Shown here: positions 18,621 to 28,356 of the stretch, in pieces
How the letters are laid out: the number at the start of each line of letters is the position of its first letter
Position numbering within the stretch: the stretch's first letter is position 1
Source of the DNA: Eubacteriales bacterium
GTDB lineage: Bacteria; Bacillota; Clostridia; Oscillospirales; JAAYXM01
Direction: 5' to 3'
Assembly: GCA_045652405.1 (NCBI GenBank)
Contig: JAZRUF010000107.1
Span: 1-60,081, forward strand
Length of the DNA stretch: 60,081 nucleotides
Program-made: the position numbers and the translations under genes
Notes under the pieces: model-generated
Told to the model about the DNA's origin: nothing
Seen by the model: the letters and a program-made list of their open reading frames with translations, nothing else
The model's database searches: none

Positions 18621-20255
18621 GTGACAATTAGTTTTGTTAGACTGAAAGGTTGTGACCGGGAATTGAAACATTCTCAAAAGCAGAGTTTTTTACACGGTGC
18701 AGCGGTGCTTGCAGCGTCCGGAATTGTCGTCAAAGTGCTTGGAGCATGCTTTAAAATCCCGATTGGAGCTATTTTAAAGCCGGAGGGAATGGCAATATTT
18801 TCTATTGCCTATAATATTTACGCTCTTCTTTTTGTTTTGTCAACCGCGGGGGTTCCGGTTGCAGTGTCAAAGATGATAGCGCACACTCAAGCGATAGGAC
18901 GAGGGTGGGAGAGCGAGAGGATATATAAGATAAGTCTTACGTTTTTTGCTGCAATAGGTGCTGTTGCAAGTGCTGTGATGTATGTCGGCGCTTTCCGATT
19001 TGCCCGGATGATGTCCGGACCCGGCAGTGAGGCGGCTATACGTGCAGTTGCACCGGCTGTGTTTTTTGTATCTGTTTCTGCAGTCAGCCGCGGATATTAC
19101 CAAGGATTTTCTGATATGTACCCCACCGCTAAGTCACAAGTGCTTGAGGCATTTGGGAAACTCGCGGTTGGATTTGGTGCGGCGTGGTTTTTAAATAAAA
19201 ACGGTTTTGGACCGTCAATTGTTGCAGCAGGCGCGGTATTCGGTGTGAGTGTCGGAGCTCTTTTTTCGACGGTTTATCTTGCGGCTATAGGGAAACGGCG
19301 AAGAAAAGAGGAAAAGCCTAAATTTGCAGTTCCGAAAGCGGGGAGGAAAATTATATCCGAGCTTATCGGGTTATCAGTACCGATAACATTGGGTGCTGCG
19401 GTTATAAGCCTTACAAATGTTATCGACAGTGCACTGGTAATGAAGCTTTTGCAGAAAATCGGATATGCCGACAGGGAAAGCATGTGGCTTTATGGGGCGT
19501 ACAGCTATGCGTGTAACCTATTTAACCTGCCGTCTGCACTGATAACCACTTTAGGAGTGAGTCTCATTCCTAAAATCAGCGCGGCACATGCGGTGGGAAA
19601 TTCCTCTGAGCTTAATAAAACCTCGCAGTCGGCAGTTGGGCTTGCAATGCTTGCGGCACTGCCGTCAGCGGCAGGACTTTTCGTTTTAGCAGAACCGATT
19701 ATGGATTTACTTTATGGGCATAGTATAGACCGCGATGCAATTGTTCTCTCCGGAAAGCTTTTGGCATATTTGGCTGTGGCTATACCCGCGATGGGAACTG
19801 TAACCGTTACAAATGCAATACATCAGGCGTGCGGAAACGTAAGGCTTCCGGTGGTTTCGATGCTTTTGGGCGCGGCTGTAAAGCTCATAGCAAATTATTT
19901 TTTTGTAAGTATTCCGGAAATTAATATAAAAGGTGCTGCAATCGGGACGATTTTGTGTTATACTGTAATTGCTGTTATAAATTGCGCGGCATTTGTTAGA
20001 AATGGTATACGGATAAGATTTGTAAAAACATTTTTTAAACCCGTTATACTCGCACTTGTTGCGGGTGGTGCAGCTTTTGGTGCATTTTCCTGCTTTACAG
20101 GCGGGAATTTTGCCAGAATTGGCGTTATTGTGTCTGTTTTGGCGGGGGTATGTGCATGCGGAGTATGCGCTATTTTCATCGGCGCAGTGGGCGAAGATGA
20201 GAAAAAAAGCGTTTTTAAGGGCGATAAAATCTCGAAATTTTTAAAAATACATTGA
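18621..20255 (+). CDS. MOP-superfamily polysaccharide/lipid II flippase (YabM/SpoVB/MurJ-like)
   Basis: About 14 TM segments. It sits immediately upstream of mazG, as yabM does in Bacillus. The start codon is uncertain (GTG). Confidence 0.8.
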   Translation: MTISFVRLKGCDRELKHSQKQSFLHGAAVLAASGIVVKVLGACFKIPIGAILKPEGMAIFSIAYNIYALLFVLSTAGVPVAVSKMIAHTQAIGRGWESERIYKISLTFFAAIGAVASAVMYVGAFRFARMMSGPGSEAAIRAVAPAVFFVSVSAVSRGYYQGFSDMYPTAKSQVLEAFGKLAVGFGAAWFLNKNGFGPSIVAAGAVFGVSVGALFSTVYLAAIGKRRRKEEKPKFAVPKAGRKIISELIGLSVPITLGAAVISLTNVIDSALVMKLLQKIGYADRESMWLYGAYSYACNLFNLPSALITTLGVSLIPKISAAHAVGNSSELNKTSQSAVGLAMLAALPSAAGLFVLAEPIMDLLYGHSIDRDAIVLSGKLLAYLAVAIPAMGTVTVTNAIHQACGNVRLPVVSMLLGAAVKLIANYFFVSIPEINIKGAAIGTILCYTVIAVINCAAFVRNGIRIRFVKTFFKPVILALVAGGAAFGAFSCFTGGNFARIGVIVSVLAGVCACGVCAIFIGAVGEDEKKSVFKGDKISKFLKIH

Positions 20256-20300
20256 AAAATTTATTTTTTTCAAAAAAAAGCTTGCAGGATGTGAAAAAAT

Positions 20301-21113
20301 ATGATAAATTTTTTACATAAGCCCAATTATACGTTTGAGGACTTGGTCGAGATAACAAAAATCCTCAGATGTGATGAAGGTTGCCCATGGGATAGGGTGC
20401 AGACGCATGAGTCAGTGCGAATGAACTTTATTGAAGAGGTCTACGAAGCTTGCGAGGCTATAGATAATGGGGATCTTGACCTTTTGAAAGAGGAGCTTGG
20501 CGACGTACTCGCCCAGGTGGTTTTCCATTCTCAGATTGAAGAGGAGAATGGGAACTTTAATGTTGATGATGTGGCAGATGGAGTTTGCAAAAAGTTCATT
20601 GAGCGGCATCCACATATTTTTGGGCAGGTAAAAGCTGAGACTGCGGATGAGGTTTTATCAAATTGGGATGACATCAAACGTAGTCAAAAGGGGCACAGCA
20701 CCCATTTTCAGGCGATGGATTCGGTGGCGAGAAGCTTGCCGGCGCTCATGCGTGCCGAGAAGCTCCAGTCAAAGGCAAGAAAAGCCGGGTTTGACTGGGA
20801 AGACGCGGAGGGCGCGTTTGCAAAGGTTACCGAGGAGCTTGAAGAGCTCAAGGGCGCAATGAAGGATGAAACTAGCGAGCATATCGCAGAGGAAGCAGGG
20901 GATTTGCTTTTCGCGGTTGTCAATGTAGTCAGACTTTTAAAGATAAATCCTGAGCTTGCGCTTGACCGCGCCAATGAGAAGTTTCTGCGCCGCTTTGGCG
21001 AGATGGAAAAGCTTATTGCCGAGGACGGTAAGGAAATGTCAGACATGCAGCTTCCGGAGCTTGATGCGTACTGGGAGCGTGTGAAAAAGTTCGAAGAGGC
21101 GGACGGGAAATAA
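20301..21113 (+). CDS. mazG: nucleoside triphosphate pyrophosphohydrolase MazG
   Basis: Tandem MazG EExxE motifs (EELGDVL and EEAGDLLF). Confidence 0.9.
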   Translation: MINFLHKPNYTFEDLVEITKILRCDEGCPWDRVQTHESVRMNFIEEVYEACEAIDNGDLDLLKEELGDVLAQVVFHSQIEEENGNFNVDDVADGVCKKFIERHPHIFGQVKAETADEVLSNWDDIKRSQKGHSTHFQAMDSVARSLPALMRAEKLQSKARKAGFDWEDAEGAFAKVTEELEELKGAMKDETSEHIAEEAGDLLFAVVNVVRLLKINPELALDRANEKFLRRFGEMEKLIAEDGKEMSDMQLPELDAYWERVKKFEEADGK

Positions 21114-21168
21114 GAATACATCCCTAAGAGCCTTGCGATAATAAAAAAATTTTAGGAGGATATCACAA

Positions 21169-21444
21169 ATGAACAAAACAGAACTCGTAAACGCAGTAGC
21201 AGAGAAGGTTGGAGCTTCCAAGAAGGACTCTGAGAAAATAATCAATGCTACAATCGACGCTATCGCTGACGCTCTTGCAGCAGGCGATAAGGTACAGCTG
21301 GTTGGCTTTGGTGCATTCGAGGTTAAGACCCGTGCAGCAAGAATCGGCCGTAATCCGAAGACCAAGGAAGCTATCAACATTCCTGAGTCAAAGTGCCCGG
21401 TATTCAAGGCTGGCAAGGCTCTGAAGGACGCTGTTTCCAAGTAA
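21169..21444 (+). CDS. hup: HU family DNA-binding protein
   Basis: 91 aa with MNKTELV... and GFGxFE..R.AR.GRNPxT. Confidence 0.95.
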   Translation: MNKTELVNAVAEKVGASKKDSEKIINATIDAIADALAAGDKVQLVGFGAFEVKTRAARIGRNPKTKEAINIPESKCPVFKAGKALKDAVSK

Positions 21445-21521
21445 GGTCAAAAAATAACAAGCAGCCTCGCGGCGGAAACGTCGCGGGGCATATTCTCATT
21501 TAAGGGGAACAGAGACAGGTT

Positions 21522-21761
21522 ATGCGAATTGATAAATATTTAAAAGTTTCACGTCTTATAAAGCGCCGCACGGTAGCAAACGAGGCATGCGATAAGGAAC
21601 GAGTTCTTGTAAACGGCAAGGTGGTGCGCGCCTCATACGATGTAAAAGTCGGCGATGAAATTGAGATTCGCTTCGGTGAGCGCTCGCTTCGCGTGCGCGT
21701 GCTGGAGGTTCTTGAGCATGTAGGCAAAGACCAGGCTCATACCATGTATGAGGAAATCTGA
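21522..21761 (+). CDS. S4-domain RNA-binding protein (YabO-like)
   Basis: MRIDKYLKVSRLIKRR is an S4 signature. The position matches the yabO cluster. Confidence 0.85.
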   Translation: MRIDKYLKVSRLIKRRTVANEACDKERVLVNGKVVRASYDVKVGDEIEIRFGERSLRVRVLEVLEHVGKDQAHTMYEEI

Positions 21762-21842
21762 TAGGACATAAATAAGCATATTTTCTATGCGCCTTAAATA
21801 TATTTTGAATAAAGGCTATATTTTAGGAGGCGTGTAAAAAAT

Positions 21843-22133
21843 ATGCTTGCAGATGACAGAATCAGAGCGTTAAATTCAGATGCCCCGCACAATGTTATCA
21901 TGGAGGGGCGCAGTCGGATGAGTATTTCAGGTGTTGAGGATGTTGAGAGTTTTGATGATATGTCCGTCTCTCTTTTTACGACGCGTGGACTTATGACTGT
22001 GCACGGTGCAGGGCTTCATATTGAAAGACTCAGCCTTGAAACCGGTGAGCTCAATATAGAAGGCACGATTGATGGGGTACAGTATTCGGACGAAGCACCG
22101 CAAGGAAGCTTTTGGTCACGGTTGTTTAAATAA
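21843..22133 (+). CDS. yabP: sporulation protein YabP
   Basis: The size, the GVEDVESFD block and the conserved neighbourhood all match. Confidence 0.8.
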   Translation: MLADDRIRALNSDAPHNVIMEGRSRMSISGVEDVESFDDMSVSLFTTRGLMTVHGAGLHIERLSLETGELNIEGTIDGVQYSDEAPQGSFWSRLFK

Positions 22134-22147
22134 GCGGCGGTGAGCAA

Positions 22148-22603
22148 GTGAATGTATCTGTAACAGGTCAGACGCTTGAGTTTCTCTACTCAGGTGCACT
22201 TGGAATAGGGCTGGGAGTAGCGTATGATATTTTCAGGCTGTTTAGGGTGCATTTGAGAGCAGGAAGGATACTTACCGGCGTTTTTGATGTTATTTACTGG
22301 TTAGTTGCAATTGCCGCACTTTTATTTTTTGTTTTGACGGTTTCGGGTGGGCAGATGCGATGGTACGTATTGCTCGGAGCTTTTTGCGGCGGTTTTATTT
22401 ATATGTGCACCGTAAGCTACTTGTTTTTTAGAGCGTTAGATATTATAATTAAAGTAGTGGTGCGCTTACTGCATGTGGCGGTAAAGCCAATATACTTTAT
22501 TTCAGAAAAGGCTTTGCATGTTGCGAGAAGTGCTGACAAGCGCATAAAAGAGCGTGTTAAAAATAAGGGGCAAAAGGAAGACTCCGCAGTGCAAGATGAG
22601 TAG
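22148..22603 (+). CDS. yabQ: spore cortex biosynthesis protein YabQ
   Basis: A membrane protein directly after yabP, with the typical YDxFR motif. Confidence 0.7.
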   Translation: MNVSVTGQTLEFLYSGALGIGLGVAYDIFRLFRVHLRAGRILTGVFDVIYWLVAIAALLFFVLTVSGGQMRWYVLLGAFCGGFIYMCTVSYLFFRALDIIIKVVVRLLHVAVKPIYFISEKALHVARSADKRIKERVKNKGQKEDSAVQDE

Positions 22604-22620
22604 CAAGGAGGTATGCCATT

Positions 22621-22911
22621 GTGGCAAGCAGGAGAAGAAAGAAGAAAACCGGCTTTTTTCCAAAGCTTATTTTAGTTGCTTTTGTTATTTATTCTGCGGT
22701 TACATTGGTAACCCTTCAGATGAAAATAAACGCACAGAAGGCTGAAAATGAGCTCATAGCAGCCCAGATTGAAGAAGAGAGAATAAAGCAGGCTCAACTT
22801 AAGCAGGAAAATGAAGCTGTAATTGAGGATGAATATATAATAAGTGAAGCACAGAAGCAAGGATACGCAGCTCCAAATGAGCGTGTGTTTATTGATACAT
22901 CCGGCAGTTGA
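22621..22911 (+). CDS. septum formation initiator family protein (DivIC/FtsB-like)
   Basis: Basic N-terminus, one TM segment and a coiled coil. The position matches the cluster. The start is GTG. Confidence 0.7.
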   Translation: MASRRRKKKTGFFPKLILVAFVIYSAVTLVTLQMKINAQKAENELIAAQIEEERIKQAQLKQENEAVIEDEYIISEAQKQGYAAPNERVFIDTSGS

Positions 22912-22951
22912 TAGGTCGGAATAAACTAATGAGAGGACTTTGTGGGAAGGT

Positions 22952-23368
22952 ATGAGTTTGGAAGTCGGTTCAATTTTAGAGGGAAAGGTTACCGGTATAA
23001 CCAAGTTTGGTGCGTTTGTATCATTGCCTGACGGGAAAAATGGGATGGTACATATTTCGGAGGTTGCAAATTCCTATGTCAGTGACATAAACGAGCACTT
23101 GAGCGAGGGGCAGGAGATCAAGGTAAAGGTTCTGTCTGTTGATGGTGGTCGAGTCAGCCTGTCAATAAAAAAAGCGCAGGAAGCGGATAGAAGCCGCAAC
23201 TTTAATGGGCGTAGCGCACCTTCCGGCAGAGGAAGACAACCGGCAGGGGATAGCTCTGCGTCATCTTCGTTTGAGGATAAGCTCAAGCAGTTTATGCAGG
23301 AAAGTGAAAACAGGATGTCCGATCTCAGAGCTCACACGGAAAACCGGCGGGGAAGAGGTCGCCGCTGA
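22952..23368 (+). CDS. S1 RNA-binding domain protein (YabR-like)
   Basis: G.ILEGKVTGITKFGAFV... is an S1 signature, followed by an R/G-rich tail. I prefer the ATG at 22952 over the track start 22940. Confidence 0.85.
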   Translation: MSLEVGSILEGKVTGITKFGAFVSLPDGKNGMVHISEVANSYVSDINEHLSEGQEIKVKVLSVDGGRVSLSIKKAQEADRSRNFNGRSAPSGRGRQPAGDSSASSSFEDKLKQFMQESENRMSDLRAHTENRRGRGRR

Positions 23369-23385
23369 TAGCGTAAATGTGTCAG

Positions 23386-23422
23386 TGCGCACTGCAAAGC
23401 AGGTTTTGCAGTGCGCATTTTT
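23386..23422 (+). terminator. intrinsic terminator
   Basis: TGCGCACTGCAAA-gcagg-TTTGCAGTGCGCA followed by TTTTT. Confidence 0.85.
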
Positions 23423-23670
23423 GCATAAAAAAGGGACGCCCGGAGGAGATATACCTCGGGCGTCAGAAAAGTGGGTTGTGGGGATAAAGATATGAATGGT
23501 GCCACTGTAAAAGTTGCACGCTACCGGGGACACTGCCAAAAGAAAAGTACACTGTTCCCGCCTACACGCAACTTCCAAAAAATGGAAATATCTTACGGTT
23601 GTTAGTATAGCACGTCTTAGGAAACTTGTCAACCAATTTCTGGAAATTTTTAAAAAATCAGGAGGAAAAA

Positions 23671-24819
23671 ATGAAAACCATAATAAACTGCCGTGTGTAC
23701 ACTATGGAGTCAGCTGTTATAGATAATGGATATGTATGCCTTGAGGCAGGTAAAATAACCGCTTTGGGTGATATGCGTGATATGCCCGCGAATATCGAGA
23801 ATGCAGATGTTATTGACGGTAATGGAGGGTATCTGCTTCCGGGACTTATTGATATACACAGTCATATAGGACTCTTCAATGAGGGGTTACGCATTGAAGG
23901 TGAGGACGGAAACGAAGATACTGACCCGGTTACCCCGCAGCTTAGAGCGATTGACGGAATTAATCCGCAGGATCGTGCATTTGGCGATGCGCTTCGTGGC
24001 GGAGTTACTACGGTTTTGACAGGCCCCGGCAGCGCAAACCCGATTGGCGGAAGCTTTGCAGCTATGAAAACCTCCGGTATATGCGTGGATGACATGGTAA
24101 TATCCGAGTGCGCGGCCATGAAGTTTGCATTGGGTGAAAATCCGAAAATGACTTATAACAGCAAGGAACGCTCACCTGTGACGCGTATGGCGACGGCCGC
24201 CGTAATACGTGAAACGCTTCTCAAAACGCGTGAGTATATGGAAAAGATAAATGACCCGGATGAAGATATGGAATTTGATTTTAAATATGAGGCACTTGTT
24301 CCGGTTTTAAACGGTGAAGTACCGGTTCAATTCCATTGCCACCGTGCGGACGATATATTTACCGCCGTGCGTATAGCAAAAGAATTTTCACTTAAATATA
24401 TGCTTGTGCATTGTACTGACGGATATTTGATAGCTTCAAGACTTGCAAAAGAGAATGTGCCGATAATCGTAGGCCCTGTAATGACTACGCGTGGGAAGCC
24501 CGAGCTTAGCGGGATGACGATATCAAACGCCGCATTGCTCAGTGCTGCGGGAAATACCGTTGCACTGTGCACGGACTATCCGGAAACCGCTCAGGAGCAT
24601 CTTATGCTCTCTGCTGCGCTTGCCGCAAAAGAAGGTTTAAGCGATGAGCAGGCATTTTCTATGATAACGATAAATCCTGCGCGAATAGCCGGTCTTGACA
24701 CACGCGTTGGAAGCATAGCCGTCGGAAAAGATGCGGATATGGTTTTGTATGACGGACATCCGTTTGACATGCGCACAGGCGTAAAACAGGTGTTTATAGA
24801 CGGAAATAGTGTACTGTAG
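23671..24819 (+). CDS. amidohydrolase family protein
   Basis: Has a DIHSH metal motif and a GKDAD C-terminal block. The ATG at 23671 follows AGGAGG. The track ORF starts at 23626. Confidence 0.85.
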   Translation: MKTIINCRVYTMESAVIDNGYVCLEAGKITALGDMRDMPANIENADVIDGNGGYLLPGLIDIHSHIGLFNEGLRIEGEDGNEDTDPVTPQLRAIDGINPQDRAFGDALRGGVTTVLTGPGSANPIGGSFAAMKTSGICVDDMVISECAAMKFALGENPKMTYNSKERSPVTRMATAAVIRETLLKTREYMEKINDPDEDMEFDFKYEALVPVLNGEVPVQFHCHRADDIFTAVRIAKEFSLKYMLVHCTDGYLIASRLAKENVPIIVGPVMTTRGKPELSGMTISNAALLSAAGNTVALCTDYPETAQEHLMLSAALAAKEGLSDEQAFSMITINPARIAGLDTRVGSIAVGKDADMVLYDGHPFDMRTGVKQVFIDGNSVL

Positions 24820-24996
24820 AAGTGTCTCCCAAAAAAGAGTATAAAATACACCGGTGAATGAATTGGTTTTACTATGCAAAATGTTTGTAAAAATATGCAA
24901 AATGTGCCATTTTATTTCAATTGTATTGAATATGAAAAAAACATGTGATAGAATTAAAAAACGGAATTTTATGACAGGTTTGAGGAGGCTTTATCT

Positions 24997-26214
24997 ATGT
25001 CTAATACAAACAAAAGTTGGCATGAGAGATTGCATAATACCATGCCAAACGGTTCGAGTACAACGTCTAAGAATCCTACGTTCTTGCCTGAAGAGCCCGA
25101 GGTAATTGCAAGAGGCAAGGGTTGCCGTGTATGGGATGACAAGGGCAGAGAGTTTATTGATTTTAGAAACAGCTTAGGTCCGGTTACCCTCGGATACTGT
25201 TATCCGGAAGTTGATGAAGCAATAAAGGCTCAGATGGAAAACGGCATTATTTTCGGCCATCCGACTGCGCTTGAAGCGGAAGTTAGCGAGATGCTCTGCG
25301 AGCGAATTCCGTGCGCTGAGCAGGCACGCTTCTTAAAGACCGGCGGTGAGGCTTGCTCTGCGACAATTTATATTGCGCGTGCATATACCGGCAAGGACCA
25401 TATCATTCAGATTGGCTACAACGGCTGGCTCAATACCTTGGGAGTAGGCGCACGTATTCTTCCGACTCAGACTTCGATGGCAAAACCCGGTGTTCCTGCT
25501 GCAGTAAGTGCTCTGTACCATCCGGTTGGTTGGAATGACACCGAAGCTGTAGCAAAACTTTTTGAAGAGTATAAGGGAAACATTGCGGCGGTTATCGTTT
25601 CAGCTGATTATGTGGATTTTGAGGCGGGTAAGACTTTCTACCCATGGCTTCGCGAGATTACGAAGAAAAACGATGCTCTTCTTATTTATGATGAAATTGT
25701 TACCGGATTCCGCGTAGCTTTGGGCGGTGTTCAGGAGTACTTCGGTGTTACACCGGACCTGTGCGTATTTGCAAAGGGTATTGCAAACGGTATGCCGCTT
25801 TCAGTTTACGCAGGCTCACGCGAGGTAATGAAAACCTGCGAAACTCCGGGATTTAGCGTTTCTTCCACCTACGGTGGCGAGACACTTTCTCTTGCAGCAT
25901 GCCGTGCAGTAATGCAGGTACATGCAAAGCATGACGTTGTCGGTCACATCTGGAACGAGGGTAACTTCGTATGGGATGGGTTTAATAAAATCATGGATGA
26001 AAAGGGAATTCCGGTACATATGCACGGTGCTGCACCGTGTAAGGCTCTGCGCATGGATGAGGGAGCACCTGCAGATATGACAGAGAGATTTTACAGAGCT
26101 GCATACAGAAACGGCGTATCCCTATACGCAACATCGTATGTAAACTTCAGCCACAAGCATGAGGACTTAGTTGAGGTGCTGCAACGCTTAAGCCGCGCGG
26201 CGGATGAACTATAA
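24997..26214 (+). CDS. class III (PLP) aminotransferase, glutamate-1-semialdehyde aminomutase-like
   Basis: Has the DEIVTGFR block and the AKGIANG lysine block. Confidence 0.85.
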   Translation: MSNTNKSWHERLHNTMPNGSSTTSKNPTFLPEEPEVIARGKGCRVWDDKGREFIDFRNSLGPVTLGYCYPEVDEAIKAQMENGIIFGHPTALEAEVSEMLCERIPCAEQARFLKTGGEACSATIYIARAYTGKDHIIQIGYNGWLNTLGVGARILPTQTSMAKPGVPAAVSALYHPVGWNDTEAVAKLFEEYKGNIAAVIVSADYVDFEAGKTFYPWLREITKKNDALLIYDEIVTGFRVALGGVQEYFGVTPDLCVFAKGIANGMPLSVYAGSREVMKTCETPGFSVSSTYGGETLSLAACRAVMQVHAKHDVVGHIWNEGNFVWDGFNKIMDEKGIPVHMHGAAPCKALRMDEGAPADMTERFYRAAYRNGVSLYATSYVNFSHKHEDLVEVLQRLSRAADEL

Positions 26215-26224
26215 AATAAGATTT

Positions 26225-26260
26225 AACCGGTCATCGCAAGTTTTGCGATGACCGGTTTTT
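26225..26260. terminator. intrinsic terminator (between convergent genes)
   Basis: AACCGGTCATCGCAA-gttt-TTGCGATGACCGGTT followed by TTT. Confidence 0.85.
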
Positions 26261-26280
26261 GCGTGTTGGAAATCACGCGT

Positions 26281-26652
26281 TTAAAATAAATTCTGTTCTG
26301 TGATGTTATGGCCGTGATGCGATACGAGCTTGCTCCTTGTGCGTTTTACGAAATTTGAAGGAACTTCTACTTGAAGACACACATCGTTTGAAACTACATC
26401 TCTGAAAAGGTGCTCATGCGTTGGATTTACACTGCTTGTAAGCAATGGGAGAGGTGCTATACTGTGGCTCATCGGGTCAGCGCGATGAGCGGAATATATA
26501 GGTGCCATATAAAAGATGTCATGCTCATGCTTGTAATTGTCTACCTTGCGTGAGGTGTAATGCAAGATGGGGATATTGTCACGATGCATTGAGATAAGTG
26601 CAAGCTCTGCCGCATCCGGGCTTTCGAAAACTGCGGAAATTGCCTTTTTCAT
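26281..26652 (-). CDS. hypothetical protein
   Basis: A 123 aa ORF between a terminator and an AT-rich promoter region. I recognise no family. Confidence 0.55.
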   Translation of the reverse strand: MKKAISAVFESPDAAELALISMHRDNIPILHYTSRKVDNYKHEHDIFYMAPIYSAHRADPMSHSIAPLPLLTSSVNPTHEHLFRDVVSNDVCLQVEVPSNFVKRTRSKLVSHHGHNITEQNLF

Positions 26653-26835
26653 ATAAAATCATCCTTTGGTTGACTGAGTCTTATTCCGCCAACAATCATA
26701 GCTTGTGTAAAAACGGGGAATATATTTAAGGCAATTATTACTTTAAATTCAAGTAAAAAACGCAATGTTTGCGTTGCAATTTTACGTCAAAAATGGTATA
26801 ATATTTTTTAATAATTACAATGGGGATGAATAGCT

Positions 26836-27027
26836 ATGGATATACAAGTCGGCGACGTTCTCGAAATGAAAAAACAGCATCCCTGCGGAAATAAATGTTG
26901 GGAAGTCTTGCGGACGGGTATGGATTTCAAGCTTAAATGCCAGGGTTGCGGGCATCAGGTTATGCTTGCGCGCCATAAATGCGAAAAAAATATAAAAAAA
27001 ATCATCAGAAACGGGCAGGTGCTGTAA
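26836..27027 (+). CDS. DUF951 family protein
   Basis: 63 aa with HPCG...C.GCG, the four-Cys small protein typical of DUF951. Confidence 0.75.
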   Translation: MDIQVGDVLEMKKQHPCGNKCWEVLRTGMDFKLKCQGCGHQVMLARHKCEKNIKKIIRNGQVL

Positions 27028-27028
27028 T

Positions 27029-27805
27029 ATGCTCAGTGAACATAAGCGTCAGTATCATATCGGATGCTTGCCGGGTGATGTGGGAAGATACTGTATTTTA
27101 CCGGGTGACCCGGGGAGATGTGAGCAAATTGCGAAATGTTTTGATAATGCGAAAAAAATTGCTCAAAACCGTGAGTTTGTGACATATACCGGCGAGCTGG
27201 ACGGAGTTTCGGTGTCGGTTACGTCTACCGGGATAGGCGGTCCAAGCGCGGCTATTGCTATGGAGGAGCTTGCTGCAATAGGTGCGGATACCTTCATACG
27301 CGTAGGTACTTGCGGCGGCATAGCGCGTGATGTACGTTCAGGTGATGCGGTTATAGCTACCGGCGCGGTGCGTGCGGAGGGAACGAGTCGGGAATATGCG
27401 CCGATAGAGTTTCCGGCAGTATCGGATTTTGGGATTGCCAATGCGCTTGCTAACGCTGCTGACAGCTTGGGTATAAAGTGGCACGCAGGTGTGGTTCATT
27501 GCAAGGATTCTTTTTATGGGCAGCATTCGCCGGAGCGGATGCCGGTATCATATGAGCTTAAAGAAAAGTGGCAGGCATGGAAACGCTTGGGCGTTTTAGC
27601 AAGTGAGATGGAGTCTGCAGCACTCTTTACGGTGGCGGCTGCGATTAATGTGCGATGCGGTGCGGTTTTTCATACGGTGTGGAACCAGGAAAGATATGCA
27701 GCAGGGTACAGAGAAGAGGAAAACCATGATACGCAAAGTGCGATAAATATAGCAATTGAGGCACTTAGCGAGATAATAAAATGTGATATAAGGAGGCAAA
27801 AATAA
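27029..27805 (+). CDS. udp: uridine phosphorylase / PNP-UDP family nucleoside phosphorylase
   Basis: Has [15 protein letters not shown] and a SEMES block. Confidence 0.85.
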   Translation: MLSEHKRQYHIGCLPGDVGRYCILPGDPGRCEQIAKCFDNAKKIAQNREFVTYTGELDGVSVSVTSTGIGGPSAAIAMEELAAIGADTFIRVGTCGGIARDVRSGDAVIATGAVRAEGTSREYAPIEFPAVSDFGIANALANAADSLGIKWHAGVVHCKDSFYGQHSPERMPVSYELKEKWQAWKRLGVLASEMESAALFTVAAAINVRCGAVFHTVWNQERYAAGYREEENHDTQSAINIAIEALSEIIKCDIRRQK

Positions 27806-28356
27806 TGAAAGACGGTTTAAAAGAAATCGGTGCACGTATCCGTGAACTGCGCGATGTGTGTGGATATACATGTGAGGAGCTTGCACGCGAGCTGGGTCTT
27901 GAGCTTGAGGTCTATTGCGCCTATGAGGAGAGCGGAGAGGATATTCCGATAAGCGTAATATACGAAATTGCAAATAAATTCGGTGTGGATTTTACCGAGA
28001 TTATCACAGGTGTCGGCGGTAAGCTTGATACATACCATGTTGTAAAAAGCGGCGAGGGAAAACCGATTAACCGTGTTCCGGGTTACAGATTCGAGGATTT
28101 GGCATTCAGATACCGCAACAAAATAATGCAGCCGCTTCTGGTTACGCTTGACCCATCTGATAAGCCGGCTGAGTCGATTACCCATAAAGGTCAGGAGTTT
28201 AACATGGTGCTTGAGGGATGCATTGCACTTTGCTTTGACGGAAAAGAGATAATTTTAAATAAGGGTGACTCAATTTATTTTAATCCTGAGCATCCGCACA
28301 GTCAGAAATGCATAGGAAATGAAAAAGCGCAGTTTTTGACTGTGATTGCAGAATGA
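27805..28356 (+). CDS. XRE-family HTH regulator with C-terminal cupin domain
   Basis: An N-terminal HTH_3 pattern plus a cupin block (GDSIYFNPEHPH). Confidence 0.85.
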   Translation: MKDGLKEIGARIRELRDVCGYTCEELARELGLELEVYCAYEESGEDIPISVIYEIANKFGVDFTEIITGVGGKLDTYHVVKSGEGKPINRVPGYRFEDLAFRYRNKIMQPLLVTLDPSDKPAESITHKGQEFNMVLEGCIALCFDGKEIILNKGDSIYFNPEHPHSQKCIGNEKAQFLTVIAE

